From positions 115,179-179,178 of IMG/VR virus record IMGVR_UViG_3300020048_000017: a stretch of 64,000 nucleotides of DNA. One strand, written 5' to 3'. Shown one piece after another: positions 54,344 through 61,587 of this stretch. The DNA is from a virus. A model generated the notes under the pieces. The model searched no databases. It was not told the origin of the DNA and was given only the letters and a program-made list of their open reading frames with translations. Positions within the stretch are counted from its first letter, which is position 1. Each line of letters starts with the position of its first letter. Made by a program: the position numbers and the translations under genes.

Positions 54344-54507
54344 AAGATCAATGGATTAAATTCTGTTGTTGGTTAGGTTTCCATAAACTAGGACCTTCAT
54401 ACTCTTCCAAAATCGAGATCTTGGAAGCTGAGAGAGGGACTTCCACCTTCAGTTCGGAGAGATTGTGTGTATTGCAGAGCAACTGTCTTCTGCGGACTTT
54501 CGAATGA
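54340..54507 (+). CDS. 55-aa Cys/His-containing small protein
   Basis: MKDQWIKFCCWLGFHKLG...; ATGA overlaps on both sides; below the ORF-track cutoff. Confidence 0.5.
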   Translation: MKDQWIKFCCWLGFHKLGPSYSSKIEILEAERGTSTFSSERLCVLQSNCLLRTFE

Positions 54508-55493
54508 AACTTTTAAATAGAGACTCCTTCAGAGAATCAGTGTTCTCTCGGGATGGTAAGTGCGTCTGGTGCGGAAATCCTTACCAAGATGCTCATCATT
54601 TAATTGAGCGCCGATTATTCGAAGACGGGGGTTACTATCTAGATAACGGAGTTAGTTTATGCGGTCCATGCCACTTAAAGGCTGAATCTACAGAAATAAG
54701 CCCTAAAGAGCTTCGCCTAGCAGCAGGTATCAATACTATCGTTTTACCTGAGCATCTAGCTGCGAACACGGACTACGATAAGTGGGGCAATCAAATTATC
54801 GGCAATTATAGAATCAAAGGGGAGCTTTTTGATGACGAATCTGTGCAGAAGGTTATTAAAGACTTTACACACTTGTTTATTGACAGAATTAAGTATCCCA
54901 GAACCTTCCACTTACCTTGGTCTAAAACTAGTGGTGACGACAAAAGGCTTCAAGACACTTCTTGTTTCGAAGGAGTTGAAGTTGTAGTCTTGGAAAAGAT
55001 GGACGGCGAAAATACCACCATTTACAAAGACTGCATTCACGCGAGGTCCGTAAATAGCAAAGTGAACGCAACTCGCTCTTGGGTTGCTCAGCTACAAGCT
55101 AATATCGCAGACTCAATTCCTGAGGGTTTTAGAATCTGTGGGGAGAATTTATTTGCGCGACATACCGTTCCTTACGAGGAATTAGAATCGTACTTTTTAG
55201 TTTTTAGCATTTGGGACGGCATGAAATGTTTGTCTTGGAAAGACACTAAAGAATATTGTGACCTATTAGGATTAAAGACTGTTCCAGAAATCTTTGAAGG
55301 AACTTTTACTGAAGATATTAAAAACCTAAAAGTTAGAGAAGACCAAGAAGGTTATGTAGTTCGAAAATCGGGCGAGTTCTATTATAAGGACTTTAAAACA
55401 AGTGTCGCGAAATACGTTTCTCCGACATTTATTATTCCGGACGAACACTGGACTGAAGGACCTCTGGTAAAAAATCAACTCAAGAAAATATGA
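54504..55493 (+). CDS. HNH-domain / RNA ligase (Rnl2-like) fusion
   Basis: CVWC...AHHLIER...NGVSLCGPCH; KYPRTFHL, EKMDGENTT (KxDG), GENL, EGYVVR, AKYV. Confidence 0.82.
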   Translation: MKLLNRDSFRESVFSRDGKCVWCGNPYQDAHHLIERRLFEDGGYYLDNGVSLCGPCHLKAESTEISPKELRLAAGINTIVLPEHLAANTDYDKWGNQIIGNYRIKGELFDDESVQKVIKDFTHLFIDRIKYPRTFHLPWSKTSGDDKRLQDTSCFEGVEVVVLEKMDGENTTIYKDCIHARSVNSKVNATRSWVAQLQANIADSIPEGFRICGENLFARHTVPYEELESYFLVFSIWDGMKCLSWKDTKEYCDLLGLKTVPEIFEGTFTEDIKNLKVREDQEGYVVRKSGEFYYKDFKTSVAKYVSPTFIIPDEHWTEGPLVKNQLKKI

Positions 55494-55720
55494 CAAAGAA
55501 AAAGCTTTTAGAAAACATTTATTTTGCGGCACTCCATTTGAAGAAGCTGAACACCTTGTTAGCAAACGATTTGTTAAGAGACGATGTGTCGAGAGCTAGG
55601 GCCGAAGGGGCTCTGGAGGCTTACGGATATATCGAACTAATGATTTTGCGCAACGATTCAATTGGCTCGACAGATTATAAAAAGGTGTTTGACATGAAAG
55701 AAAACTGTCCAGACCTCTGA
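55490..55720 (+). CDS. Hypothetical protein
   Basis: ATGA coupling. Confidence 0.55.
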   Translation: MTKKKLLENIYFAALHLKKLNTLLANDLLRDDVSRARAEGALEAYGYIELMILRNDSIGSTDYKKVFDMKENCPDL

Positions 55721-55728
55721 AAAAGCTC

Positions 55729-55756
55729 TTGACAAAATTCCAGAGTGAGTTATATT
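55729..55756 (+). promoter_or_regulatory. Early promoter TTGACA-N16-TATATT
   Basis: First of two tandem promoters upstream of the third tRNA operon. Confidence 0.7.
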
Positions 55757-55857
55757 AACCTCTCAACCAATTTCAACAAAAGCTTTAGATTTTAAGTGAC
55801 ACTAGACGACCCATAAATTAACACAATCGGAATTCCTCAAAAATCTAAAAAAATCAG

Positions 55858-55885
55858 TTGACAAATTTCACATTTCAGTTATACT
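55858..55885 (+). promoter_or_regulatory. Early promoter TTGACA-N16-TATACT
   Basis: Second tandem promoter. Confidence 0.75.
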
Positions 55886-55907
55886 ACTGTATTCAATTTT
55901 ACTTCAC

Positions 55908-56057
55908 ATGAAGCCAGATACCAACATCACACATTCCAGTAATCCCTCGGGGAACGGAATCGTCGTGCTCAAACCGTAAATTAACGGGGTATCTAGAAAA
56001 GTCCTAATCAGGCATCAATAAAATCTACGATACCCTACAACATAGGAGGATTTTATT
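55908..56057 (+). promoter_or_regulatory. Attenuator-like leader: 23-aa peptide MKPDTNITHSSNPSGNGIVVLKP (55908-55979) plus alternative helices
   Basis: AGATACC/GGTATCT, GGGTATCTAG/CTACGATACCC and CCTA/TAGG with AATAAAATCT/GGATTTTATT are mutually exclusive pairings. Confidence 0.55.
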
Positions 56058-56076
56058 ACAATTTAAAAAAACAAAA

Positions 56077-56163
56077 CTGGTTGTAGCTCAGTCTGGTCAG
56101 AGCAGGCGCTTTGGATGCGTCAGGCCCAACGGGATCTCAGAGGTTCGAATCCTCTCAACCAGA
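56077..56163 (+). tRNA. tRNA-Pro(TGG) with a 17-nt variable arm
   Basis: C1-G72, A73, GGCGC-TTTGGAT-GCGTC, variable hairpin CCC-AAC-GGG, canonical T arm. Confidence 0.85.
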
Positions 56164-56170
56164 TCCAATT

Positions 56171-56196
56171 TTCACCTATCCGATACTTTTGTGTAA
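56171..56196 (+). promoter_or_regulatory. Late-type promoter TTC-N17-GTGTAA in front of the endonuclease
   Basis: Same motif as in the structural operon, 9 nt before the ATG. Confidence 0.6.
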
Positions 56197-56205
56197 TACT
56201 TTCTT

Positions 56206-57210
56206 ATGGAGGATATTAAACGAATTGTCGGAGAGTCTAAAAGTTTCGGAGATTTTTTTAGAGCTATAGGAAAAAAGTCTTATAGCGGTCAACAAAAATT
56301 AAAATACCAAAAACTTTTAAAAGATAATAATATAGATTTTGACCACTTTGAAACAAACGGGGCAAGTAAATTAAGAAAGTATGAAAAGATAACTAAAACA
56401 TGCCCACAGTGCGGCGAATCTTTCGAAACACAAAATGGTCACCCAAAAGAACTTTCGACATGTTCCCGACAATGCTCAAATATCTATTTTTCTTCAAAAA
56501 GAACTACAGAGGAAGCTAAATCAAATATCTCCAAAGGTCTTTTAAAATATTTTGGAAATACAGCCAAAACAAAAACAACTAACCAAACTAATAAAAAACC
56601 CCCGTCTGTAAGAAAAATAATAAACTGTGCAGTATGCCAAAAGAGTTTTAAACAAAAGGAAGATAGGCACAAATGTTGCTCGAAATTATGTGGGCAGGTT
56701 CTTCAATTTGGGTTTGCTCCGCTCTCAAAAATAGAAGTTATTGATGGAATTTTAGAATTAGAAAAAACTGGAGACTGGCAACAAAGAAAGGCCCCAACAA
56801 AGCTTTTAAGCGGGGCAAAAACGCATTTCGGAAGTTGGAACAAAGCTATTAAAGCCGCAGGGCTCAAACCAAATGATTCAAAATTCAAAAGAGTAAGAAT
56901 AAAGTGCATAGATGGAGATATAGTAGATAGCCTTTCTGAAAGAACAATTGACGAATTTCTTTTTAATAAAAATATAGCCCACACTATCCACAAGAAATAC
57001 CCAAATTCAAATAAAAGATACGATTTCTATTTGCCCGATTTTGATACCTATGTAGAATATTTTGGATTAACAGGAGACGAAGCTTACGATATAGCCACAG
57101 AAGAGAAGATTAAATTTTGCGAAGACAATGATCTAAAATTGATAGCAATTTACCCAACTGACATTTACCCAACACATAACCTCGAACAAATTTTCAAAGA
57201 CATTATTTAG
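56206..57210 (+). mobile_element. Homing-endonuclease-like gene (Zn fingers plus C-terminal PD-(D/E)XK-like domain) inserted in the tRNA array
   Basis: CPQCG...CSRQC, CAVC...CCSKLC; DSLSERTIDEFL...YDFYLPDFDTYVEYFG. Confidence 0.75.
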
Positions 57211-57214
57211 AAAC

Positions 57215-57285
57215 GGATCATAAGTTTTAAAGTGAAACAAGGCTCTTTTAAAGCCTAGAAGAAGGCGCGATACCTTCATGGTCCA
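57215..57285 (+). tRNA. tRNA-Lys(TTT)
   Basis: AGGCT-CTTTTAA-AGCCT; T loop CGCGATA. Confidence 0.78.
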
Positions 57286-57298
57286 TCAACTTACAAAT

Positions 57299-57373
57299 TC
57301 CTCGTAATGCACAGAGTGTGCAGCCGCCCTGTTAAGGCGTGCGAGCTTGGGGCGGTGCCAAGACGGGGAGCCA
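57299..57373 (+). tRNA. tRNA-Asn(GTT)
   Basis: CGCC-CTGTTAA-GGCG, G73, CCA; T loop GGCGGTG. Confidence 0.8.
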
Positions 57374-57382
57374 ATTTTAATT

Positions 57383-57589
57383 ATGAACACACAAATAGCA
57401 AAACTAAAAGCGGAAGTTCTTAACGGAGCAAATCGGGAAAAAGCACTAGCAGAGCTAATTGCTATTTGCGAGCACGAAGCATTTGACAAAGGTGTTGAGT
57501 ATGCTACAGTTGCTCAAATGGAAGTTCAGAAGAGAATCAAAAATTTCAAAAGAGAAAGGAAATTATCTGAGCCAGTAATGGCTTGGTAA
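57383..57589 (+). CDS. Small helical protein within the tRNA array
   Basis: MNTQIAKLKAEVL..., fills the gap between tRNA-Asn and tRNA-Leu. Confidence 0.6.
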   Translation: MNTQIAKLKAEVLNGANREKALAELIAICEHEAFDKGVEYATVAQMEVQKRIKNFKRERKLSEPVMAW

Positions 57590-57595
57590 ACAAAT

Positions 57596-57676
57596 GCGGG
57601 AGTGGCGTAATGGTAGCCGCGTGGGATTTAGAATCCCATGTCGAAAGGCGTAGGGGTTCGAGTCCCCTCTCCCGTA
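57596..57676 (+). tRNA. tRNA-Leu(TAG)
   Basis: Class II cloverleaf, TGGGA-TTTAGAA-TCCCA, A73. Confidence 0.92.
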
Positions 57677-57699
57677 TCAAAAATTTAACAAAACAAAAT

Positions 57700-57788
57700 G
57701 GAGGGTAGCACCCTTGGTGGGTAACGAGGCTTGAACCCTCGGCGAGGTCAGAGATGGCCTCAGAACTCGATATTCTTACTCTCTTCCA
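57700..57788 (+). tRNA. tRNA-Ser(TGA) with an atypical T arm and U73
   Basis: CGAGG-CTTGAAC-CCTCG, long variable arm GAGGTC/GGCCTC, CCA. Confidence 0.75.
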
Positions 57789-57871
57789 ATTTTAGATCGA
57801 GAAACAAAACAAACAACAAAATGTGACGGTTCGATTCCCTACACTTCTTTAATTTTAACAACAACTTAAAA

Positions 57872-57948
57872 TCCTTACTTGGTGTAATTGGCGAGCATCC
57901 GATCCTGTGAAGATCGTGGAGAGAGTTCGAGGCTCTCAGAAGGAACCA
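57872..57948 (+). tRNA. tRNA with GTG anticodon (His) lacking G-1/C73
   Basis: CGATC-CTGTGAA-GATCG; acceptor with a bulged A; A73; CCA. Confidence 0.78.
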
Positions 57949-57959
57949 AATTTATAAAA

Positions 57960-58033
57960 GTCGGTTTGGCGTAATAGTAGCGTAGGAGTTTTCCAAACTT
58001 CTGGCGAGGGGGCGGAACCCTCAACCGATACCA
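57960..58033 (+). tRNA. tRNA-Gly(TCC)
   Basis: GGAGT-TTTCCAA-ACTTC; T loop GGCGGAA; A73; CCA. Confidence 0.8.
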
Positions 58034-58042
58034 AATTTTAAT

Positions 58043-58115
58043 GCCCTCAAAGCTTTTATTAGATGAAGTTCCGCCTTGTAAGCGGAGGAAACCGGCGCAC
58101 TACCGGATGAGGGCT
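58043..58115 (+). tRNA. tRNA-Thr(TGT)
   Basis: GCCCTCA/TGAGGGC; TCCGC-CTTGTAA-GCGGA; T loop CGCACTA. Confidence 0.8.
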
Positions 58116-58135
58116 TCACTTTTTATTATTTTTGC

Positions 58136-58163
58136 TTGACAAAATCCCAGCTTGTGCTATAAT
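58136..58163 (+). promoter_or_regulatory. Early promoter TTGACA-N16-TATAAT (leaderless)
   Basis: ATG at 58169, 5 nt after the -10 element. Confidence 0.8.
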
Positions 58164-58168
58164 GGGTC

Positions 58169-58501
58169 ATGCACAAATTCAAACTTATTGCGGTCGCCGT
58201 TGCGATCCTATCGACCCTTCTCGGAATTCTGACGTTTCCTTACTGGTCAGCCGAAACAATTTCTATCACGGTAACGGACAAGGAGCGGGCTCCATCTAAT
58301 AAAGGTGGTTTTTACATGGTGTTTTCTAAAGAGGAAACTCTTCGTAACGAAGACGTTCGTCGTTACCTTAAGTTCAATTCATCTGACCTTCAAGGAAAAC
58401 TTGAGATCGGGAAAACTTATAAAGTTAAAGTATACGGCTGGAGAGTCCCAATGTTTTCTAAATACCGCAATCTAGTTAAAGTTTATGAAAATAGTAAATA
58501 A
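58169..58501 (+). CDS. Membrane-anchored OB-like phage protein (DUF1523-like)
   Basis: N-terminal TM; TVTDKER...FNSSDLQGKL...YGWRVP. Confidence 0.6.
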   Translation: MHKFKLIAVAVAILSTLLGILTFPYWSAETISITVTDKERAPSNKGGFYMVFSKEETLRNEDVRRYLKFNSSDLQGKLEIGKTYKVKVYGWRVPMFSKYRNLVKVYENSK

Positions 58502-58931
58502 AAACATTTTTGACGCCTTCGAAACTGGCGAAATTCAAATCCTTGCTCATTGTGCGAATTGCCAGTGTGTTATGGGCGCGGGAATTGCCAAAGATATCAA
58601 AGAGCGATATAACGAAGCTTACGAGGCAGATCTAGCTACGGGTAGAACGGGAGATAAATTGGGTTCGTTGAGTTTTGCAAAAATTAACAGGCAATACATT
58701 GTCAACCTTTACGCTCAGCTAAATTATGGCCGCGACAAGAGACAGGTCAATTACGAAGCACTAGCGACCTCTCTAGAGAAGCTTTGTAACGGCAAAGACA
58801 AAAGCCTAGTGATCGGCTTTCCTTTTCAGTTGGGGTGCGTCAATGCTGGTGGAAATTGGGAGATTGTCAAAACGATAATCGAACAAACTATGAAGCAATA
58901 CGGAAGGGAAGGAAACTTTTACAAGATCTAA
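58485..58931 (+). CDS. Macrodomain (ADP-ribose binding/hydrolase) protein
   Basis: NIFDA...AHCANCQCVMGAGIAKDI, IVNLYAQ, GFPFQLGCVNAGGNW. Confidence 0.85.
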   Translation: MKIVNKNIFDAFETGEIQILAHCANCQCVMGAGIAKDIKERYNEAYEADLATGRTGDKLGSLSFAKINRQYIVNLYAQLNYGRDKRQVNYEALATSLEKLCNGKDKSLVIGFPFQLGCVNAGGNWEIVKTIIEQTMKQYGREGNFYKI

Positions 58932-58947
58932 AAGGTCTCACAATTGA

Positions 58948-59160
58948 ATGATAAAGTTTAAAAATTACCAATCTGTCGAATATAAACTCCCAAGCGACTT
59001 TAAAATAAGAGAAGGGGTTATTAGAGGTCAGGCTGATACTGGTCATGCTGTAATAGGCGTTACTTATATCGTAGAAGATCGTTCCGGAGATTTCCCGAAC
59101 GAAACTTATCCATATTCTTGTCTTGCGGTCTCCGAAATTCATATAAGATCAAATGAGTGA
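58948..59160 (+). CDS. Hypothetical protein (SH3-like beta pattern)
   Basis: 70-aa ORF. Confidence 0.55.
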   Translation: MIKFKNYQSVEYKLPSDFKIREGVIRGQADTGHAVIGVTYIVEDRSGDFPNETYPYSCLAVSEIHIRSNE

Positions 59161-59383
59161 TTTAATTTCAAAACAATTCGTTTGTAACGATTGTGGCCCA
59201 ATTTCATTTTTTGTAATCTTAACAAAAGATAAAGCTAAAGATCATAAACACGTTTGTTTTTGGTGCGGAGGAACCAATGTGGCTGGAACGGGGCTCGAAG
59301 AAGTTATAGAAGGTAATGAAATTGTTACTTATTTTAACAACTCCGAAATTAAAAGAAGGCGAAAACGAGATCGTATAGCATGA
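59153..59383 (+). CDS. Zn-ribbon protein
   Basis: CNDC...CFWC. Confidence 0.55.
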   Translation: MSDLISKQFVCNDCGPISFFVILTKDKAKDHKHVCFWCGGTNVAGTGLEEVIEGNEIVTYFNNSEIKRRRKRDRIA

Positions 59384-59757
59384 AACATTTTAAACAACTC
59401 CTAATAGTAAGAGAATCCGAGTTCGAAGAGTTCGAACAAAAGTGGCAAGCTTTTGAAGATCATATTTGGGAAGTTTTTAAGAAGTATCTTAAGGATTTCA
59501 AGATTAATTTCAACGGTCCCGAGGACTGGGAAGAGGAAAATGACGGAATTGAGTTCAGAGGCACCGATGTTTGTCGGGGCTGTTACGATTCAATGAGTCT
59601 TACTATTCCCTATAAGTTTTTTATAGACTACGATGAAGCAAGCTCTGAACTACTAGGTGAAATGAAAGAAAAAGATAAACAAGATGTGGCCCGAGAGATA
59701 GAGCGGAAAAGAGCCGAAATTGAAAGACTCAACCAGCAAATTGCGAACTTATCATGA
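59380..59757 (+). CDS. Hypothetical protein
   Basis: ATGA coupling. Confidence 0.6.
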   Translation: MKHFKQLLIVRESEFEEFEQKWQAFEDHIWEVFKKYLKDFKINFNGPEDWEEENDGIEFRGTDVCRGCYDSMSLTIPYKFFIDYDEASSELLGEMKEKDKQDVAREIERKRAEIERLNQQIANLS

Positions 59758-60158
59758 GAACTCTTAAATTTAGAGCTTGGAACATCGTCCAGAAAAGATG
59801 GGAAAAAAAATTGTGCCTTTATTTTGATGATGGCAAAATTGGAGACTGTTCAGAATGTTTTCACAACGAGGAAGATTCCTCCTCGTATGTTGTGCAGCAA
59901 TCCACAGGAGTTCTCAATGATTATTATCAAGAAATTTACGAAGGGGACATTGTTACCTTTTCAGTTGATCATGGCGAACCCAGAGGTGTTATCGAATACG
60001 CAGCAACAATTACGTGGCTTAGAACAGGATTTATAGCTATTCTTCATAAAGAGATGACTATGAATAACAGCTTGATACAAGACAAAGTAAACATTAATAG
60101 AGACATGTTTGTGGTCGGCAATATTTTTGAAAACCCAGAGTTAATCGTGGAGTTATGA
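59754..60158 (+). CDS. YopX family protein 1
   Basis: LKFRAWN...QSTG...EIYEGDIV...VVGNIFENPEL. Confidence 0.85.
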   Translation: MRTLKFRAWNIVQKRWEKKLCLYFDDGKIGDCSECFHNEEDSSSYVVQQSTGVLNDYYQEIYEGDIVTFSVDHGEPRGVIEYAATITWLRTGFIAILHKEMTMNNSLIQDKVNINRDMFVVGNIFENPELIVEL

Positions 60159-60499
60159 GAGAACTAAAATTTAGGGTTTGGGATTATTATAATCGCCGAT
60201 TTATTGACGAACCTATCGACTGTGTAGCTATTCTAGGAATGTCCGCGTTTCCGCAAGAAGTAAATTTCGGTTTGGCTCAATTTGAAATACAACAATACTC
60301 AGGAGAGAAAGATAAGTTTGGTAAAGAAATTTACGAAGGGGATATTATCATTTTCAAAGAGCCGTTTGATACATATTGGATTCCTGTAGAATTTAAAAAT
60401 GGAGCCTTTGGATTTACTTTTTTCGGAACTTTTAATTGGCTGAATGCCAAGTTAATAGAGGTTGTTGGAAATATATTCGAAAACCCCGAACTACTATGA
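60155..60499 (+). CDS. YopX family protein 2
   Basis: LKFRVWD...QYSGEKDKFGKEIYEGDII...EVVGNIFENPELL. Confidence 0.85.
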   Translation: MRELKFRVWDYYNRRFIDEPIDCVAILGMSAFPQEVNFGLAQFEIQQYSGEKDKFGKEIYEGDIIIFKEPFDTYWIPVEFKNGAFGFTFFGTFNWLNAKLIEVVGNIFENPELL

Positions 60500-60699
60500 A
60501 ACAAAAAGTCTTCGTAATATTTGGAATTCCAATTTCGTTCGCTTTCAGCCATGATGGTTGGTGGGTGATTGACAAAAAGGGCTATAAAAACATTCTGTAT
60601 TTTAGTCTAATTAAAACGCCCGATTTAGAAAGTAAAGAATTCATCCTTAGGCTTATAGCCGGAGTTTTTCGAGTCGAGATATTATGCAAAGAGAATTAA
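60496..60699 (+). CDS. Hypothetical protein
   Basis: ATGA-coupled start at MKQKVF. Confidence 0.5.
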   Translation: MKQKVFVIFGIPISFAFSHDGWWVIDKKGYKNILYFSLIKTPDLESKEFILRLIAGVFRVEILCKEN

Positions 60700-61091
60700 A
60701 ATTTAGAGCGTGGGATAATCTCAAGAAAGAATGGCTAATGGGCTACCAATACGGTAACAGAGGTTTCTCTCTAATTGGGGAGCTTATGGCTTGTAGCGAA
60801 TGGCAAGCGGTTTTGTGCGATATGGTTCGCGGAGATTTCGGTGAACATGGTGAACACTTAATTGTCCAGCAGTTCACAGGACTAAAAGATAAAAACGGGA
60901 AAGAAGTTTATGAGGGCGACATTATTTTAGGATTCATGTCTTCTGACGGATTTAAACATGTTGCCCCCGTAGAATGGACAGGATTCGGGTGGTCGGCGGT
61001 TTCTCGACAAGGAAACAATATGATTATCTGGCTTGAGTCAGATTTTGAAGTCATCGGAAACATTAACGAAAACCCTGAACTATTAGTATGA
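60684..61091 (+). CDS. YopX family protein 3
   Basis: LKFRAWD...QFTGLKDKNGKEVYEGDII...EVIGNINENPELL. Confidence 0.88.
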   Translation: MQRELKFRAWDNLKKEWLMGYQYGNRGFSLIGELMACSEWQAVLCDMVRGDFGEHGEHLIVQQFTGLKDKNGKEVYEGDIILGFMSSDGFKHVAPVEWTGFGWSAVSRQGNNMIIWLESDFEVIGNINENPELLV

Positions 61092-61378
61092 ACATTAATC
61101 AAATAGCCATGGGTGCAAAGCCTGATCCATTCAAATTCGAAATTAAAAGTTTAGAACATGTTTTTGGTAGCACTATCATTATTGCTAACTACGGAGGATT
61201 GACTTTCGAAGGAGATAAGCTAATGGTTCTTCAAGGCGTCTTTAACAAAGAAGATTTTACAACTTTAGACCCGCATTTTCTAAACGAAGAGTATCCAGTT
61301 TATGCTAGTTTTCAACCAACTAAAGAAGGTCTAGAACTAGCTAGGCATCTGGCTAGAATTAAGGATTTTATAAAATGA
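61088..61378 (+). CDS. Hypothetical protein
   Basis: ATGA coupling. Confidence 0.6.
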   Translation: MNINQIAMGAKPDPFKFEIKSLEHVFGSTIIIANYGGLTFEGDKLMVLQGVFNKEDFTTLDPHFLNEEYPVYASFQPTKEGLELARHLARIKDFIK

Positions 61379-61587
61379 TTACATTAATTATAAAACATGA
61401 TGACGGAGAAAGAGAGATTTTTCTCAAAGCTAAAAATATGCGGGAATTGATCGACGAGAAATTACCAGATAGCTTGCCAAATTTGATCGCCGACCTCCCA
61501 TTACTTAGGCAAACCCAACGTTTCCAAAAAGACCCTCATGGAGAGGAAAATAAAGAAAGAAAAAGTGGTTGGTATTACTATCTATGA
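61375..61587 (+). CDS. Hypothetical protein
   Basis: ATGA coupling. Confidence 0.55.
   Translation: MITLIIKHDDGEREIFLKAKNMRELIDEKLPDSLPNLIADLPLLRQTQRFQKDPHGEENKERKSGWYYYL

Noticed and set aside
55784-55849. 10-bp inverted repeat TTTAGATTTT/AAAATCTAAA between the tandem promoters
   Set aside because: Low-complexity AT pairing with no supporting inner structure; not enough to call an ncRNA or terminator.
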